Shown: positions 53,724 through 63,538, counted from the first letter of the stretch. The stretch is DNA of 64,000 nucleotides from Candidatus Ghiorseimicrobium undicola (GCA_002796125.1 PCWA01000109.1:65347-129346); one strand, 5' to 3'. Numbers and translations are program-made. The notes: generated from the sequence alone by a model not told the origin.

Positions 53724-54194
53724 TTACCTGTTTTTCTGATTCGGCTCGTATTCTTTATGATATGGCTCTTTGCGTATATGACGCACCGGTTTTACGCCTC
53801 TATACCTGTTCTCTATTGAAATTAGTTCCAGCTCTTCTTCCTCGTCCTCTCTTGCCTCAATTATTACCTGGACCGTATTATTCCTATCCTGCAAGAATTC
53901 AATAATTTTCTTATTGCTGTCATCGCTGAATCTGTATAATTCTCCTTCAGCGGTATATATAGAATAACCGGCCTCAACGCTCAAAGGAATTACCGCCTGA
54001 GCCTTAGGATACCTTGGCGCAAAAGTACTTAATTCATCCAAATATTTTTCCGCGCTTTTGTTGTCAATGATCGTACCGGCAAACTCAAGCGCTTCTTCTT
54101 TGGGGGCCTCTTTCGCATCCTGCGCGCAGGCAAAAACAGAGAATAAAAAGAGTAAGACCAAAATAATGCTGCTTAACGATATTTTTTTTATCAT
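53724..54194 (-). CDS. Hypothetical secreted protein or lipoprotein, first gene of the hflKC-mscS unit
   Basis: Signal peptide ending FSVFAC and an acidic C-terminal region. It has no recognisable domain. Confidence 0.5.
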   Translation of the reverse strand: MIKKISLSSIILVLLFLFSVFACAQDAKEAPKEEALEFAGTIIDNKSAEKYLDELSTFAPRYPKAQAVIPLSVEAGYSIYTAEGELYRFSDDSNKKIIEFLQDRNNTVQVIIEAREDEEEELELISIENRYRGVKPVRHIRKEPYHKEYEPNQKNR

Positions 54195-54255
54195 AATAAT
54201 ATCTAAACCTATTGATTTTCTAAGGCAGAATTAGACTATTGCGGATAACCAAGAC

Positions 54256-54276
54256 GTTAATAGTGTGTATATTAAC
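54256..54276. promoter_or_regulatory. Inverted repeat GTTAATA-N7-TATTAAC, a candidate operator in a divergent promoter region
   Basis: It overlaps the -10 of a minus-strand promoter (TTGACT 54292-54297, 17 nt, TGnTAATAT 54269-54274). Confidence 0.4.
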
Positions 54277-54320
54277 ACAAAGAAATTACAAAGTCAAATC
54301 ATTGTGCGGGCTAAATTGCC

Positions 54321-54347
54321 TTGACGAATAGTAGGCGCAAGTATAAA
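54321..54347 (+). promoter_or_regulatory. Candidate promoter for the zinc-ribbon gene
   Basis: TTGACG (54321-54326), 15 nt, TATAAA (54342-54347), then the RBS AAGGAGG and the ATG at 54387. Confidence 0.4.
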
Positions 54348-54386
54348 ATGTAAGCGGAATTTGCTGCAAGGACAAAAGGAGGAAAA

Positions 54387-55013
54387 ATGAACTGCCCAAG
54401 ATGCGCTAAAGATACTGCAAGCCAACGCTGTAGCTGCGGATGGGACTTCGGGACAAATTCATGGCAAGAAACATACATAGGCGAAAAAGACAGGGAATCG
54501 CTGGCAAAAATGGCGATTACGCGCATTAACGATACTGCCCAATGCACAGGCTGTAAAAAGAATATACCTTTTTTCTTTTCGCAATGCCCTTTCTGCAATG
54601 CTCAGCTGCCGGACAAAAACACACAGATAAATAAACTTATCGGCGATATAGTCCAATATAGATATATACAAGGGATGGAACCTAATAATGTTATGAAAAT
54701 CATGACTAAAAGCGGCTGTGAAAAACAAACGGCGAAAGAGCTCTACGAAAAAGTTGAGCACGCGATGTCGCAGGTGCAAAGCGCGGTTATCAGGACCCCC
54801 GAAGGAAGAGCCGAGGCCCGCCGGGATGCCCTAAAAGAAATCCGTAAATCTCTCATCTGGATAGCGGCGGGCGCTATCATAACCGTTATAACACTAAGCA
54901 AAAATTCGCCTGTTTCAGTTATATGGTACGGCCCGATACTCTATGGAATCGGAAAATTAATAAAAAATATGTTTATTCTGATACACCTTAAAAAAATAAG
55001 CGTAGATACATAA
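54387..55013 (+). CDS. Double zinc-ribbon protein with a C-terminal TM anchor, function unknown
   Basis: CPRC...CSCG and CTGC...CPFC pairs, a helical linker and a C-terminal hydrophobic segment. Confidence 0.6.
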   Translation: MNCPRCAKDTASQRCSCGWDFGTNSWQETYIGEKDRESLAKMAITRINDTAQCTGCKKNIPFFFSQCPFCNAQLPDKNTQINKLIGDIVQYRYIQGMEPNNVMKIMTKSGCEKQTAKELYEKVEHAMSQVQSAVIRTPEGRAEARRDALKEIRKSLIWIAAGAIITVITLSKNSPVSVIWYGPILYGIGKLIKNMFILIHLKKISVDT

Positions 55014-55029
55014 CAAAATAAATCTTGAG

Positions 55030-55722
55030 ATGCCCAATGCCGTCCGTGAAATATTCAAGGAAATCCCGCGTACTTACGAACTAATCAACCATATACTCAC
55101 TTTCGGCATGGATATTTTCTGGCGCAGGAGGACAGCTAAAGCCGCGGCCGTGGTTTCAGGAAAAAACAAAATAGATTTATGTAGCGGGACGGGTGAAACG
55201 GCCTCCTATCTCAAAAATTATTCCAAAAACGGCTCCCAAATCTATGCCGTGGACTTTTGCCTGCCAATGCTTAAAGAAGCCGCTAAAAAACCACAATGCC
55301 GGAATATTAAGTTTACCGCCGGCGAGATCAAAAAACTCCCCTTCGCCGATAACTCTTTTGATGCCGCCACTATTTCTTTTGCCACGCGCAATATCAATAC
55401 CAGCCGCGCTTCATTAATAGCCGGTTTTAAGGAAATCCACCGTATTCTAAAACCGGGCGGGCATTTCTTCAATCTTGAGACCAGCCAGCCTTCATCTCTT
55501 ATTTTGAGAAAATTATTTCATTTTTACATAAAACTTTTAGTCGCGTCCGTGGGCGGAGCAATCTCAGGCTCAGCGCGCGCCTACAAATACCTGTCAACAA
55601 CAATACCGCTATTTTATTCTGCCGGGGAATTAGCCGATATCCTACGCGAGGCAGAATTTAAAGAAGTGAGATTTAAAAAGATATTCTTCGGCATTGCCGC
55701 GATACATCATTGCCTAAAATAA
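55030..55722 (+). CDS. Class I SAM-dependent methyltransferase, UbiE/MenG-like
   Basis: YELINHILTFGMDIFWRR resembles the UbiE N-terminus, followed by the SAM motif DLCSGTGE. Confidence 0.7.
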   Translation: MPNAVREIFKEIPRTYELINHILTFGMDIFWRRRTAKAAAVVSGKNKIDLCSGTGETASYLKNYSKNGSQIYAVDFCLPMLKEAAKKPQCRNIKFTAGEIKKLPFADNSFDAATISFATRNINTSRASLIAGFKEIHRILKPGGHFFNLETSQPSSLILRKLFHFYIKLLVASVGGAISGSARAYKYLSTTIPLFYSAGELADILREAEFKEVRFKKIFFGIAAIHHCLK

Positions 55723-55740
55723 AACGGATTGGATTAAGGA

Positions 55741-58700
55741 TTAGGCGTTGAAAGATAAATATTCCTGGATGGGTTTTACTTCAAAATCGCTCTTTTGGAT
55801 GGATTCAATGCCGTTGACCGCCGCCTGCGCACCCTGAAGGGTCGTAATGCAGGGTATGCCGTGCATAACCGCAAGGCTGCGTATAGGTTTCATATCAGAC
55901 TGCCCCTTCTTCCCTGAAGGGGTATTGATAATAAGCTTTATCTTTCCTTTTTTAATAAGCTCCAAAACTTTCGTATCGCCTTCGGCAATCTTACCAACCA
56001 TTTCCGCCTGTATTCCATTTGATTTAAACGCCTTATGCGTACCGCCCGTGGCGAGTATTTTAAAGCCCATATCAGAAAGCCGCTTGGCGATAAAAACTAT
56101 ATGGCGCTTATCGTCATTTTTAACGCTTATAAATATTGTGCCTTTTTTAGGAAGCCCGCCTCCGGCTGAAAGCTGAGATTTATAAAATGCCTTTCCAAAA
56201 GTATCGTCTATGCCCATAACCTCTCCGGTAGATTTCATTTCAGGGCCCAGGAGTATATCTACTCCGGAAAACCGGGAAAAAGGAAACACTGATTCTTTAA
56301 CTGCCACATGATTTATCTGCTTTTCTTTGGTCACGCCAAGCTCTTTTAAAGATTTGCCAACCATAACCTTTGCCGCTATCTTAGCCAGAGGCACGCCTGT
56401 CGCCTTGCTAACAAAAGGCACTGTGCGTGAGGCGCGCGGGTTAACCTCCAAAACATAAACCATATCCTCTTTTATGGCAAATTGGATATTCATCAGGCCT
56501 CTAACGTTTAATTCACCGGATAAAGAAATCGCGCATTCTCTTATTTTATCGATTATCTCATCGCTTAACGTGTGCGGCGGCAATACGCAGGCGGAATCTC
56601 CTGAATGAACTCCCGCCTCTTCCACGTGCTCCATTATCCCGCCTATGACGGCAACCCGGCCGTCCGCAAGGACATCAACATCCACCTCTACCGCGTCTTC
56701 CAAAAATTTATCTATCAATACGGGATGCTCTTCGGATACATCCTTGGCCTCTTTCATGAATTCCATAAGCGATGTTTTATCATAGACAATGCGCATCGCC
56801 CTGCCGCCTAATACAAATGAAGGCCTGACCAGCACAGGATAGCCAATATGAGAAGCAACATCAGCCGCTTCTTCCTTGGAATTGACACACCCGCCCGGAG
56901 CCTGATTAACTCCAAGCTTATTAATTAATTTATTAAACTCTTCCCTGTTTTCCGCGCGCGCGATGGACTCAATGCTCGTGCCGATTATGGGCGCGCCTAA
57001 ATCATTGAGTTTTTTCGCCAGGTTCAACGGCGTCTGGCCTCCGAATTGAACTATGACCCCATCCGGTTTCTCCTTATCGATAATGTTCATAACGTCTTCT
57101 AAAGTCAAAGGCTCAAAATACAACTTATCAGATGTATCATAATCCGTGGATACGGTTTCAGGATTTGAATTCACCATTATTGTTTCATAACCTAATTCTT
57201 TCAAAGCAAAAGAGGCATGACAACAGCAATAATCAAACTCAATCCCCTGGCCTATGCGGTTTGGGCCTCCGCCTAATATCATTATTTTCTTTTTACTGGA
57301 TACGCGCGCCTCGCATTCTGATTCATAGGTAGAATAATAATACGGAGTATAGGCCTCGAATTCGGCGGCACAGGTATCTACCAGTTTAAAAACAGCTTCT
57401 AGATTAAGCTTTTTCCTGTAATTACGCACCTCTATTTCATTGGAATTTGTTAAATCGGCAATTTGCCGGTCGGAAAAACCGTATTGTTTTATTCTTAATA
57501 AAGCATCTCTGTTTAATTCGTTTAATTTTAAGCCGGCAAATTCTTTTTCCAGCCGCACAATCTGGCTGATATTTTCTATAAACCAGGGATCTATGGCCGT
57601 AAGATTTACTATGTCGGAAACAGAATACCCTTTTTGTAAGGCGTACTTAATATAAAAGACGCGCGAGGCATTTGGCTCTTTAAGCCGGTGCTTTATTTTT
57701 TCATCAGATATCTCCCTAAAATCGGATTTATTATCCAGCCCGAAATGACCGATTTCCAAGCCGCGCAGGCCTTTTTGCAACGCCTCCTTAAACGTGCGGC
57801 CTATTGCCATCGTCTCGCCAACCGATTTCATGGAAACACCGAGAATATCTTCGGCTTCGGGGAATTTTTCAAAGGTAAAACGGGGAATTTTTACCACGCA
57901 ATAATCAATAGATGGCTCAAATGAAGCGGGTGTTTCGCGGGTTATATCATTTCTTATTTCATCAAGAGTATAACCGACAGCCAGTTTTGCGGCAAATTTG
58001 GCAATGGGAAAACCGGTGGCCTTGGACGCCAGAGCGGAACTGCGCGATACCCGGGGATTCATCTCAATAACCACCATCCTGCCTGTCTTGGGGTCAACGG
58101 CAAACTGTATATTGGAACCTCCGGTTTCAACACCGATTTCTCTTATTATGGCAATGGATGCATCACGCATCTTTTGATACTCAGCGTCGCTCAAGGTCTG
58201 CTGGGGGGCAACGGTAATAGAATCTCCGGTATGTATGCCCATAGGGTCGAAGTTTTCAATAGAGCAGACAATAACTACATTATCTTTTTTATCGCGCATT
58301 ACCTCAAGCTCATATTCCTTCCAGCCCATTACAGATTCTTCAATCAATATTTCTGAAATCATGCTGCTTTTCAGGCCTAAATCGGCAATACGCTCAAATT
58401 CTTCCTTTGTATTGGCGATTCCGCCGCCTGTACCGCCCAATGTAAAACTGGGGCGTATGATTAAGGGAAGGCCGAGTTTTTTAAGAGCATCCTTTGCCTC
58501 TTTCATATTGTAGGCAAGGGCGCTCTTTGGCACATCCAGGCCGATTTTTAGCATTGCCTTTTTAAAATGCTCCCTGTCTTCGGCTTTTTTTATCGTATTG
58601 TAATCCGCGCCGATCATTTGCACGCCATATTTTTTAAATATGCCTGCCTCTATTGCTTTCATGGCGGTATTCAAACCGGTCTGTCCGCCGAGAGTAGGCA

Positions 58701-58959
58701 AAACAGCATCAGGGCGTTCTTTTATAATAATCTTTTCCAAGACTTCCGGAGTTATCGGCTCAATATAGGTGGCATCAGCTATCTCAGGATCGGTCATAAT
58801 AGTCGCGGGATTGGAATTGACAAGGATAACTTTAAAGCCTTCCTCCTTGAGCGCCTTACAGGCCTGGGTGCCCGAATAATCAAATTCACAGGCCTGGCCG
58901 ATGATAATCGGGCCTGAGCCGATGATTAGGATTTTATGTATATCCGTGCGTTTAGGCAT
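55741..58959 (-). CDS. carB: Carbamoyl-phosphate synthase large subunit
   Basis: 1072 aa with duplicated ATP-grasp halves and an MGS-like C-terminal domain. Confidence 0.95.
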   Translation of the reverse strand: MPKRTDIHKILIIGSGPIIIGQACEFDYSGTQACKALKEEGFKVILVNSNPATIMTDPEIADATYIEPITPEVLEKIIIKERPDAVLPTLGGQTGLNTAMKAIEAGIFKKYGVQMIGADYNTIKKAEDREHFKKAMLKIGLDVPKSALAYNMKEAKDALKKLGLPLIIRPSFTLGGTGGGIANTKEEFERIADLGLKSSMISEILIEESVMGWKEYELEVMRDKKDNVVIVCSIENFDPMGIHTGDSITVAPQQTLSDAEYQKMRDASIAIIREIGVETGGSNIQFAVDPKTGRMVVIEMNPRVSRSSALASKATGFPIAKFAAKLAVGYTLDEIRNDITRETPASFEPSIDYCVVKIPRFTFEKFPEAEDILGVSMKSVGETMAIGRTFKEALQKGLRGLEIGHFGLDNKSDFREISDEKIKHRLKEPNASRVFYIKYALQKGYSVSDIVNLTAIDPWFIENISQIVRLEKEFAGLKLNELNRDALLRIKQYGFSDRQIADLTNSNEIEVRNYRKKLNLEAVFKLVDTCAAEFEAYTPYYYSTYESECEARVSSKKKIMILGGGPNRIGQGIEFDYCCCHASFALKELGYETIMVNSNPETVSTDYDTSDKLYFEPLTLEDVMNIIDKEKPDGVIVQFGGQTPLNLAKKLNDLGAPIIGTSIESIARAENREEFNKLINKLGVNQAPGGCVNSKEEAADVASHIGYPVLVRPSFVLGGRAMRIVYDKTSLMEFMKEAKDVSEEHPVLIDKFLEDAVEVDVDVLADGRVAVIGGIMEHVEEAGVHSGDSACVLPPHTLSDEIIDKIRECAISLSGELNVRGLMNIQFAIKEDMVYVLEVNPRASRTVPFVSKATGVPLAKIAAKVMVGKSLKELGVTKEKQINHVAVKESVFPFSRFSGVDILLGPEMKSTGEVMGIDDTFGKAFYKSQLSAGGGLPKKGTIFISVKNDDKRHIVFIAKRLSDMGFKILATGGTHKAFKSNGIQAEMVGKIAEGDTKVLELIKKGKIKLIINTPSGKKGQSDMKPIRSLAVMHGIPCITTLQGAQAAVNGIESIQKSDFEVKPIQEYLSFNA

Positions 58960-59005
58960 TTTAATAATTAAAAGTTAAAAAATGAAAAATTTATTTTTTT
59001 AGCGA

Positions 59006-59626
59006 TTACTGCCCCCGCAGGCTTTTCTTTAGCCGCCTGCCCATATCAACTAAAAGTCTTATATCAGCCTCTGTTTCCATAGTAAAAGCAGGTATAAAAT
59101 AAATAATTGCGGCATCCTCATAAATAAGACACTGCAGAAGATGAGGAAGGCTGGCGTTTATTAACTGCGGTAAAATACTTAAAATTTTATCTTCTTGGGG
59201 AATTCCTGAACGGTAGCGGACTTTGATCCCTCCATCCTTTTCTATGTGAAATAACATTTTCACATCAGGCAACCCTTCAAATATCACTGCCGAACGTTGA
59301 GTTGTTGTTGCGGCACGGCTACTATAGGAAGTTTTTGCTGTTTCAACGACATTGCAAAGAATAACTTCTCCATCGGTAAAAATATTCCTATATCCGCCAA
59401 AAGATAATCTTCCCGGCCCAGCCGGAATAAAATTAATATCTTTGAGTAACTTCTCTAGATTTACCCTTCCGGAAACCCCCGGGCTTAATCCATATGTCTG
59501 CGCGACGGACAAAACCGACAACTCCATCTTTTTATTGCCGCGTACAATTGCGATAAAAATAGCTGCGATCAGCGCAAACAACAAGCCAGAAAAAACAAGA
59601 AACGGCACCATTGGAAATTTTTCCAT
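59006..59626 (-). CDS. Hypothetical membrane-anchored protein inserted between carA and carB
   Basis: One N-terminal TM helix, then a ~170-aa soluble domain with no recognisable motifs. Confidence 0.5.
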   Translation of the reverse strand: MEKFPMVPFLVFSGLLFALIAAIFIAIVRGNKKMELSVLSVAQTYGLSPGVSGRVNLEKLLKDINFIPAGPGRLSFGGYRNIFTDGEVILCNVVETAKTSYSSRAATTTQRSAVIFEGLPDVKMLFHIEKDGGIKVRYRSGIPQEDKILSILPQLINASLPHLLQCLIYEDAAIIYFIPAFTMETEADIRLLVDMGRRLKKSLRGQ

Positions 59627-59636
59627 TATATTGTTC

Positions 59637-60737
59637 CTATCGCTTATAATTTTTCACCAAATCTATAAACTCATCGAAAAGGTACTGCGCGTCATGCGGG
59701 CCGGGGCCGTATTCCGGATGAAACTGCACCGAGAATAGAGGATATTTCTTATGGCGTATACCTTCCAAAGTATTATCATTCAAATTTATATGGGTTATTT
59801 CAATATCATTTTTTTTAAGCGTATCTATATCAACGCAAAAGCCGTGATTCTGGACGGTAATTGATATCCTGCCTGTCCTTAAATCCTTTACCGGATGATT
59901 CCCCCCGTGGTGGCCGAATTTCAACTTATAGGTTTTGCCTCCGAGGGCAAGGCCAAGCATCTGATTGCCCAGGCATATGCCGAATATGGGGATTTTTCCG
60001 ATAAGTTTTTTCAAGCTGCTTACCACATAGGTAACGGCGGCGGGATCTCCCGGCCCGTTTGATAAAAGCAGGCCGTGCGGCTTAAGCTTTAATATTTCAT
60101 CTGCCGAAGCATCAGCCGGCAAAACTACCACCTTGCAATTTCTCTCTTCCAATCTTCGCAATATATTAAATTTTACCCCACAGTCTAAAACCGCGACCTT
60201 ATATCTGCCCTTCGCGTTCCACTCAAATGGCTTATCATATATGACTTCCTTAACCAAATCTACTCCATCAAGGCCGCGCGATGCTTTAGCCTTTTTAACC
60301 AAGCTTTTTATATCCAAATCTTCGGTTGAAATAACCGCCTTCATCGCGCCCTTAAGCCTTATATGTTTGGTGAGCGCCCTCGTATCAATTCCCTCAATTC
60401 CCAAAATATTGTTTTCGCCTAAATAATCACTAAGTGTTTTTTGAGAACGCCAGTTGCTGGCAATGGGGCTATTTTCTTTAACGATAAATCCGGATAAGAA
60501 TATCTTTCGCGATTCCACATCATCAATATTTATACCGTAATTACCTATCAAGGGATAAGTCATGCAAACAATCTGGCCGCAATATGAAGGATCAGTCAAA
60601 ATCTCCTGGTATCCTGATAGGGAAGTATTAAAAACAACCTCGCCAAAAGACTCACCATCAGCCCCAAAAGAAAAGCCCTCAAAGACACGGCCGTCCTCAA
60701 GGGCTAATATTGCTTTTTTATGATTAATATTCGGCAT
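59637..60737 (-). CDS. carA: Carbamoyl-phosphate synthase small subunit
   Basis: Class-I glutamine amidotransferase. I prefer the ATG at 60737; the track begins at a GTG at 60743. Confidence 0.92.
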   Translation of the reverse strand: MPNINHKKAILALEDGRVFEGFSFGADGESFGEVVFNTSLSGYQEILTDPSYCGQIVCMTYPLIGNYGINIDDVESRKIFLSGFIVKENSPIASNWRSQKTLSDYLGENNILGIEGIDTRALTKHIRLKGAMKAVISTEDLDIKSLVKKAKASRGLDGVDLVKEVIYDKPFEWNAKGRYKVAVLDCGVKFNILRRLEERNCKVVVLPADASADEILKLKPHGLLLSNGPGDPAAVTYVVSSLKKLIGKIPIFGICLGNQMLGLALGGKTYKLKFGHHGGNHPVKDLRTGRISITVQNHGFCVDIDTLKKNDIEITHINLNDNTLEGIRHKKYPLFSVQFHPEYGPGPHDAQYLFDEFIDLVKNYKR

Positions 60738-60744
60738 TTTCACT

Positions 60745-60784
60745 TAGAAAAAAGGCGTTCCCCTTGTTTTTCTGGCAGAACGCC
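60745..60784 (-). terminator. Intrinsic-terminator-like hairpin (GGCGUUC...GAACGCC plus U6) 8 nt upstream of the carA AUG; a candidate attenuator
   Basis: On the minus-strand RNA the stem is 60784-60778 paired with 60760-60754, followed by UUUUUUCUA. A promoter lies about 45 nt upstream of the hairpin. Confidence 0.55.
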
Positions 60785-60834
60785 ATGCTTAAGAACCAAA
60801 AATTATCCTGCACACACCGCATAAATTGACATTA

Positions 60835-60863
60835 ATTATCCAACATTTTCACCGAATAGTCAA
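60835..60863 (-). promoter_or_regulatory. Candidate carA leader promoter
   Basis: Minus-strand TTGACT (60858-60863), 17 nt, GATAAT (60835-60840). Confidence 0.4.
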
Positions 60864-60882
60864 GGATTATATTTGCTTAATG

Positions 60883-62418
60883 TTACAATGTCCAGAGGTT
60901 GCGGTCAAGGCAGCGGTAGCTGATTGCCTCAGATATGTGCTCGCTTTTGATTGTTTCTGAGGCGGATAAATCAGCGATAGTGCGCGAAATTTTAAGAATC
61001 TTATGATATGCGCGCGCGCTCAAACCCAGGTTTAAAATAGCCATTTTTAATAGTTCCTTGGCGTCTTCCGTTAATATGCATACTTTTTCGGTCGTAGGCG
61101 CGTTCATGTGCGCGTTATAGCAATATCCAAATTCTTTTAGTTTTTTCTCCTGAATCTGCCGGGCTTTATTTACTCTTTCTCTTATTTCCAAGGACGTTTC
61201 CGCCTTGTTTTTTAAGGCCATCTGTTCATACTTTAGGCGGGGAACCTCTAAGTGAATATCAATTCTATCCAACAGCGGCCCGGAAATCTTAGAAAGATAC
61301 CGCTGTATCTGATGAGGGCTGCAATGGCATTGCCGGGAATCGTCTAAAAAAAACCCGCAGGGACAGGGATTACAGGCAGAAATAAGAATAAAACGCGCCG
61401 GAAAACTTACCGTGGAGGCAATCCTGGAAACCGTAATATAACCTGCCTCTAACGGCTGTCTTAGCGCCTCAAGCACATTGCGCCTGAATTCAGGCAATTC
61501 ATCTAAAAAAAGCACGCCGTTATGGCTTAGACTGATCTCACCAGGTTTAGGATGAGTACCGCCGCCGATTAAGGCCACATCGCTGATAGAATGATGCGGC
61601 GCGCGAAAAGGCCTGTCTGAAATAACAGTCCGGCCGTTTGAAATAAGACCGGCCACGCTATGGATTTTAGTTGTTTCTAAAGCTTCCTGGATAGTCGCCT
61701 GCGGCAGGATACCGGGCATGCACTTAGCCAGCATAGTTTTCCCCGCTCCGGGAGAACCGATAAGCAAAAGATTATGCCCGCCCGCGGCTGCTACCTCTAA
61801 CCCTCTTTTGATATGCTGCTGCCCCTTAACATCAGCAAAATCAAACTCGTAACTTCCCTTGCCCTGCCAGAGGTTTTCCGTATCTACTTTTGTATTCTTA
61901 ATTTCAAGATCATTATTAAGATAAGCTGCGGCTTGACCAAGATTTTCTAACGCCAGGACTTCTATATCACCGACCACGGCTGCCTCTTTAGCATTTTCGG
62001 ACGGGAGTAGTAATTGCCTGTAATATGAGTTTCGCAAAGCCATAGCCCTTGGCAAAACGCCGGTAATCGGTTTTAAGCTTCCATCAAGAGAAAGCTCGCC
62101 ACAAAATACTTTACCGTTTAACGCCTCTTTATTTATCTGTCCGGTAGCAGCCAATACGCCTAAAGCAACCGGCAGGTCAAAACAAGGGCCTTCTTTTTTG
62201 ATATCGGCAGGAGCTAAATTTACCGTAATCTTCCTCCGGGGGAAGCTGAAACCACAGTTCTTAATCGCAGCCTTAACCCTATTAATGCTTTCGCGCACTA
62301 CCGCATCAGGCAGTCCTACGATAGAAAAACCGGGCAGCCCGCCTGACACATCCACCTCTACGGCAACCTTTATCGCCTCTATTCCTAAAACAGTGCTTGA
62401 AATGACTTTGGCCAACAT
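60883..62418 (-). CDS. comM: Mg-chelatase-like AAA+ ATPase ComM/YifB
   Basis: YifB family protein. I prefer the ATG at 62418 (MLAKVISSTVLGIEA) with a GGAGGGG RBS; the track's TTG start at 62460 adds an unlikely N-terminus. Confidence 0.85.
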   Translation of the reverse strand: MLAKVISSTVLGIEAIKVAVEVDVSGGLPGFSIVGLPDAVVRESINRVKAAIKNCGFSFPRRKITVNLAPADIKKEGPCFDLPVALGVLAATGQINKEALNGKVFCGELSLDGSLKPITGVLPRAMALRNSYYRQLLLPSENAKEAAVVGDIEVLALENLGQAAAYLNNDLEIKNTKVDTENLWQGKGSYEFDFADVKGQQHIKRGLEVAAAGGHNLLLIGSPGAGKTMLAKCMPGILPQATIQEALETTKIHSVAGLISNGRTVISDRPFRAPHHSISDVALIGGGTHPKPGEISLSHNGVLFLDELPEFRRNVLEALRQPLEAGYITVSRIASTVSFPARFILISACNPCPCGFFLDDSRQCHCSPHQIQRYLSKISGPLLDRIDIHLEVPRLKYEQMALKNKAETSLEIRERVNKARQIQEKKLKEFGYCYNAHMNAPTTEKVCILTEDAKELLKMAILNLGLSARAYHKILKISRTIADLSASETIKSEHISEAISYRCLDRNLWTL

Positions 62419-62440
62419 AACACCCCTCCACGAAAAGAAA

Positions 62441-62469
62441 ATGTAGAATTTAAAATGCAAAATGCATAA
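62441..62469. repeat. 7-mer-unit repeat block (AATGTAG/AATGCAT units) flanking the four-helix-bundle gene on its 3' side
   Basis: atgtagaatttaaaatgcaaaatgcataa. It shares AATGTAGAAT and AAAATGCATAAT blocks, in inverted orientation, with 62855-62884. Confidence 0.5.
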
Positions 62470-62835
62470 TTATAACTTCGAATTTTTGATAATCCTGATC
62501 AATATGCTTATAATTTGCTGACACTCTCCGCTTAAATAAGCAAAACGCTCCGCCTCCCCCTTCATTAATGCGGCATCGCGTATTAAATTTATCCACAGTT
62601 TCGTCTCTCGAGCCTCCTTAAGAGATATATTCATTTTATAAATAAAATCTTGTTTGCTAAAGGCGCTCTGGGCCTCTTCAATATTAGCAGCTATTGATGT
62701 GGCTGACCTCAAAAATTGTTTGCCGAGTTCAAAACCAGCAGTCTCCTTGGGTAAACTCCTCACAATTCTTACAACTTCAAGGGCAAAGTTATAAGTTCTA
62801 TTATCAATATCAACTTTGCATTTTTTATCTTGCAT
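62470..62835 (-). CDS. Four-helix-bundle protein of the 23S rRNA intervening-sequence / Avd family
   Basis: LRSATSIAANIEEAQ...KEARETKLWINLI. I prefer the ATG at 62835 with an AAGGGAGG RBS. Confidence 0.75.
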   Translation of the reverse strand: MQDKKCKVDIDNRTYNFALEVVRIVRSLPKETAGFELGKQFLRSATSIAANIEEAQSAFSKQDFIYKMNISLKEARETKLWINLIRDAALMKGEAERFAYLSGECQQIISILIRIIKNSKL

Positions 62836-62854
62836 TTTGTATCCTCCCTTCAAT

Positions 62855-62884
62855 TCTACATTCTACATTATGCATTTTACATTC
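62855..62884. repeat. Tandem 7-mers CTACATT CTACATT ATGCATT TTACATT flanking the four-helix-bundle gene on its 5' side
   Basis: It directly abuts the yraN stop codon at 62885. Confidence 0.5.
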
Positions 62885-63238
62885 TTAAAACGCGTCTTTA
62901 ATCAGGGTAATCTGCGGCTTCTCTCCAAATATAATAGATACTACATCAAACCTAAAGATTTCTTCCGAATGCGCGTTCCGCTTGATATAAAATTGGGCCG
63001 CGCGAAATAAATGTTTAATTTTTTCCCGGCTGATTGCCTCTTCCGGCCAGCCAAAATCAGGCGAACTCCTGGCCTTTACTTCAATAAACACCATCTCCCT
63101 TCCCTGGCGGGCGATAATATCTATTTCGCCCACCGGAGAAGAAAAATTCCTGGCAATAATCTTGTATCCTTTTCGGCGTAAAAACCGCAAGGCAAGCTCC
63201 TCGCCTTTTGCGCCCAAGATTTGTTTGTATTTATTCAT
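62885..63238 (-). CDS. YraN family endonuclease (UPF0102)
   Basis: 117-aa PD-(D/E)xK protein of the YraN family. Confidence 0.8.
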   Translation of the reverse strand: MNKYKQILGAKGEELALRFLRRKGYKIIARNFSSPVGEIDIIARQGREMVFIEVKARSSPDFGWPEEAISREKIKHLFRAAQFYIKRNAHSEEIFRFDVVSIIFGEKPQITLIKDAF

Positions 63239-63266
63239 AATTTAGTTACTAGTTACGAGTTACGAA

Positions 63267-63527
63267 TCACTGCTCTTGATATGCCTCCAGAACCGCTTCG
63301 TTAAGCTGGCTCTTGACTTCATCACTTAAAGGAAATATAGTTGGATACCATTGACCGTTCTTCCCTTGTTCAGACGGCATGCTCACAAACAATCCGTTTT
63401 TGCCTTCCACGACACGCAGGCCCTTCACTAAAAATAAATCAGCGATGGCCACATCGGCAAAAGCTTTAAGCTTGCCGTCGCCTTCTAACTTGTGCAGGCG
63501 TTTTACCGCAATAGCTGAACCCGACAT
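63267..63527 (-). CDS. spoVG: Putative septation protein SpoVG
   Basis: KAFADVAIADLFLVKGLRVVEGKNGLFVSMPS. I prefer the ATG at 63527 with a GAGGAGG RBS. Confidence 0.8.
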   Translation of the reverse strand: MSGSAIAVKRLHKLEGDGKLKAFADVAIADLFLVKGLRVVEGKNGLFVSMPSEQGKNGQWYPTIFPLSDEVKSQLNEAVLEAYQEQ

Positions 63528-63538
63528 CTTCTTCACCT

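Noticed and set aside
60745-60784. PyrR-binding attenuator loop at the carA leader hairpin
   Set aside because: The resemblance to the PyrR box is limited to CCAGA...CAAGG. The diagnostic GAGAGGCU core is missing and no pyrR is in the window. I kept it only as a generic attenuator candidate.
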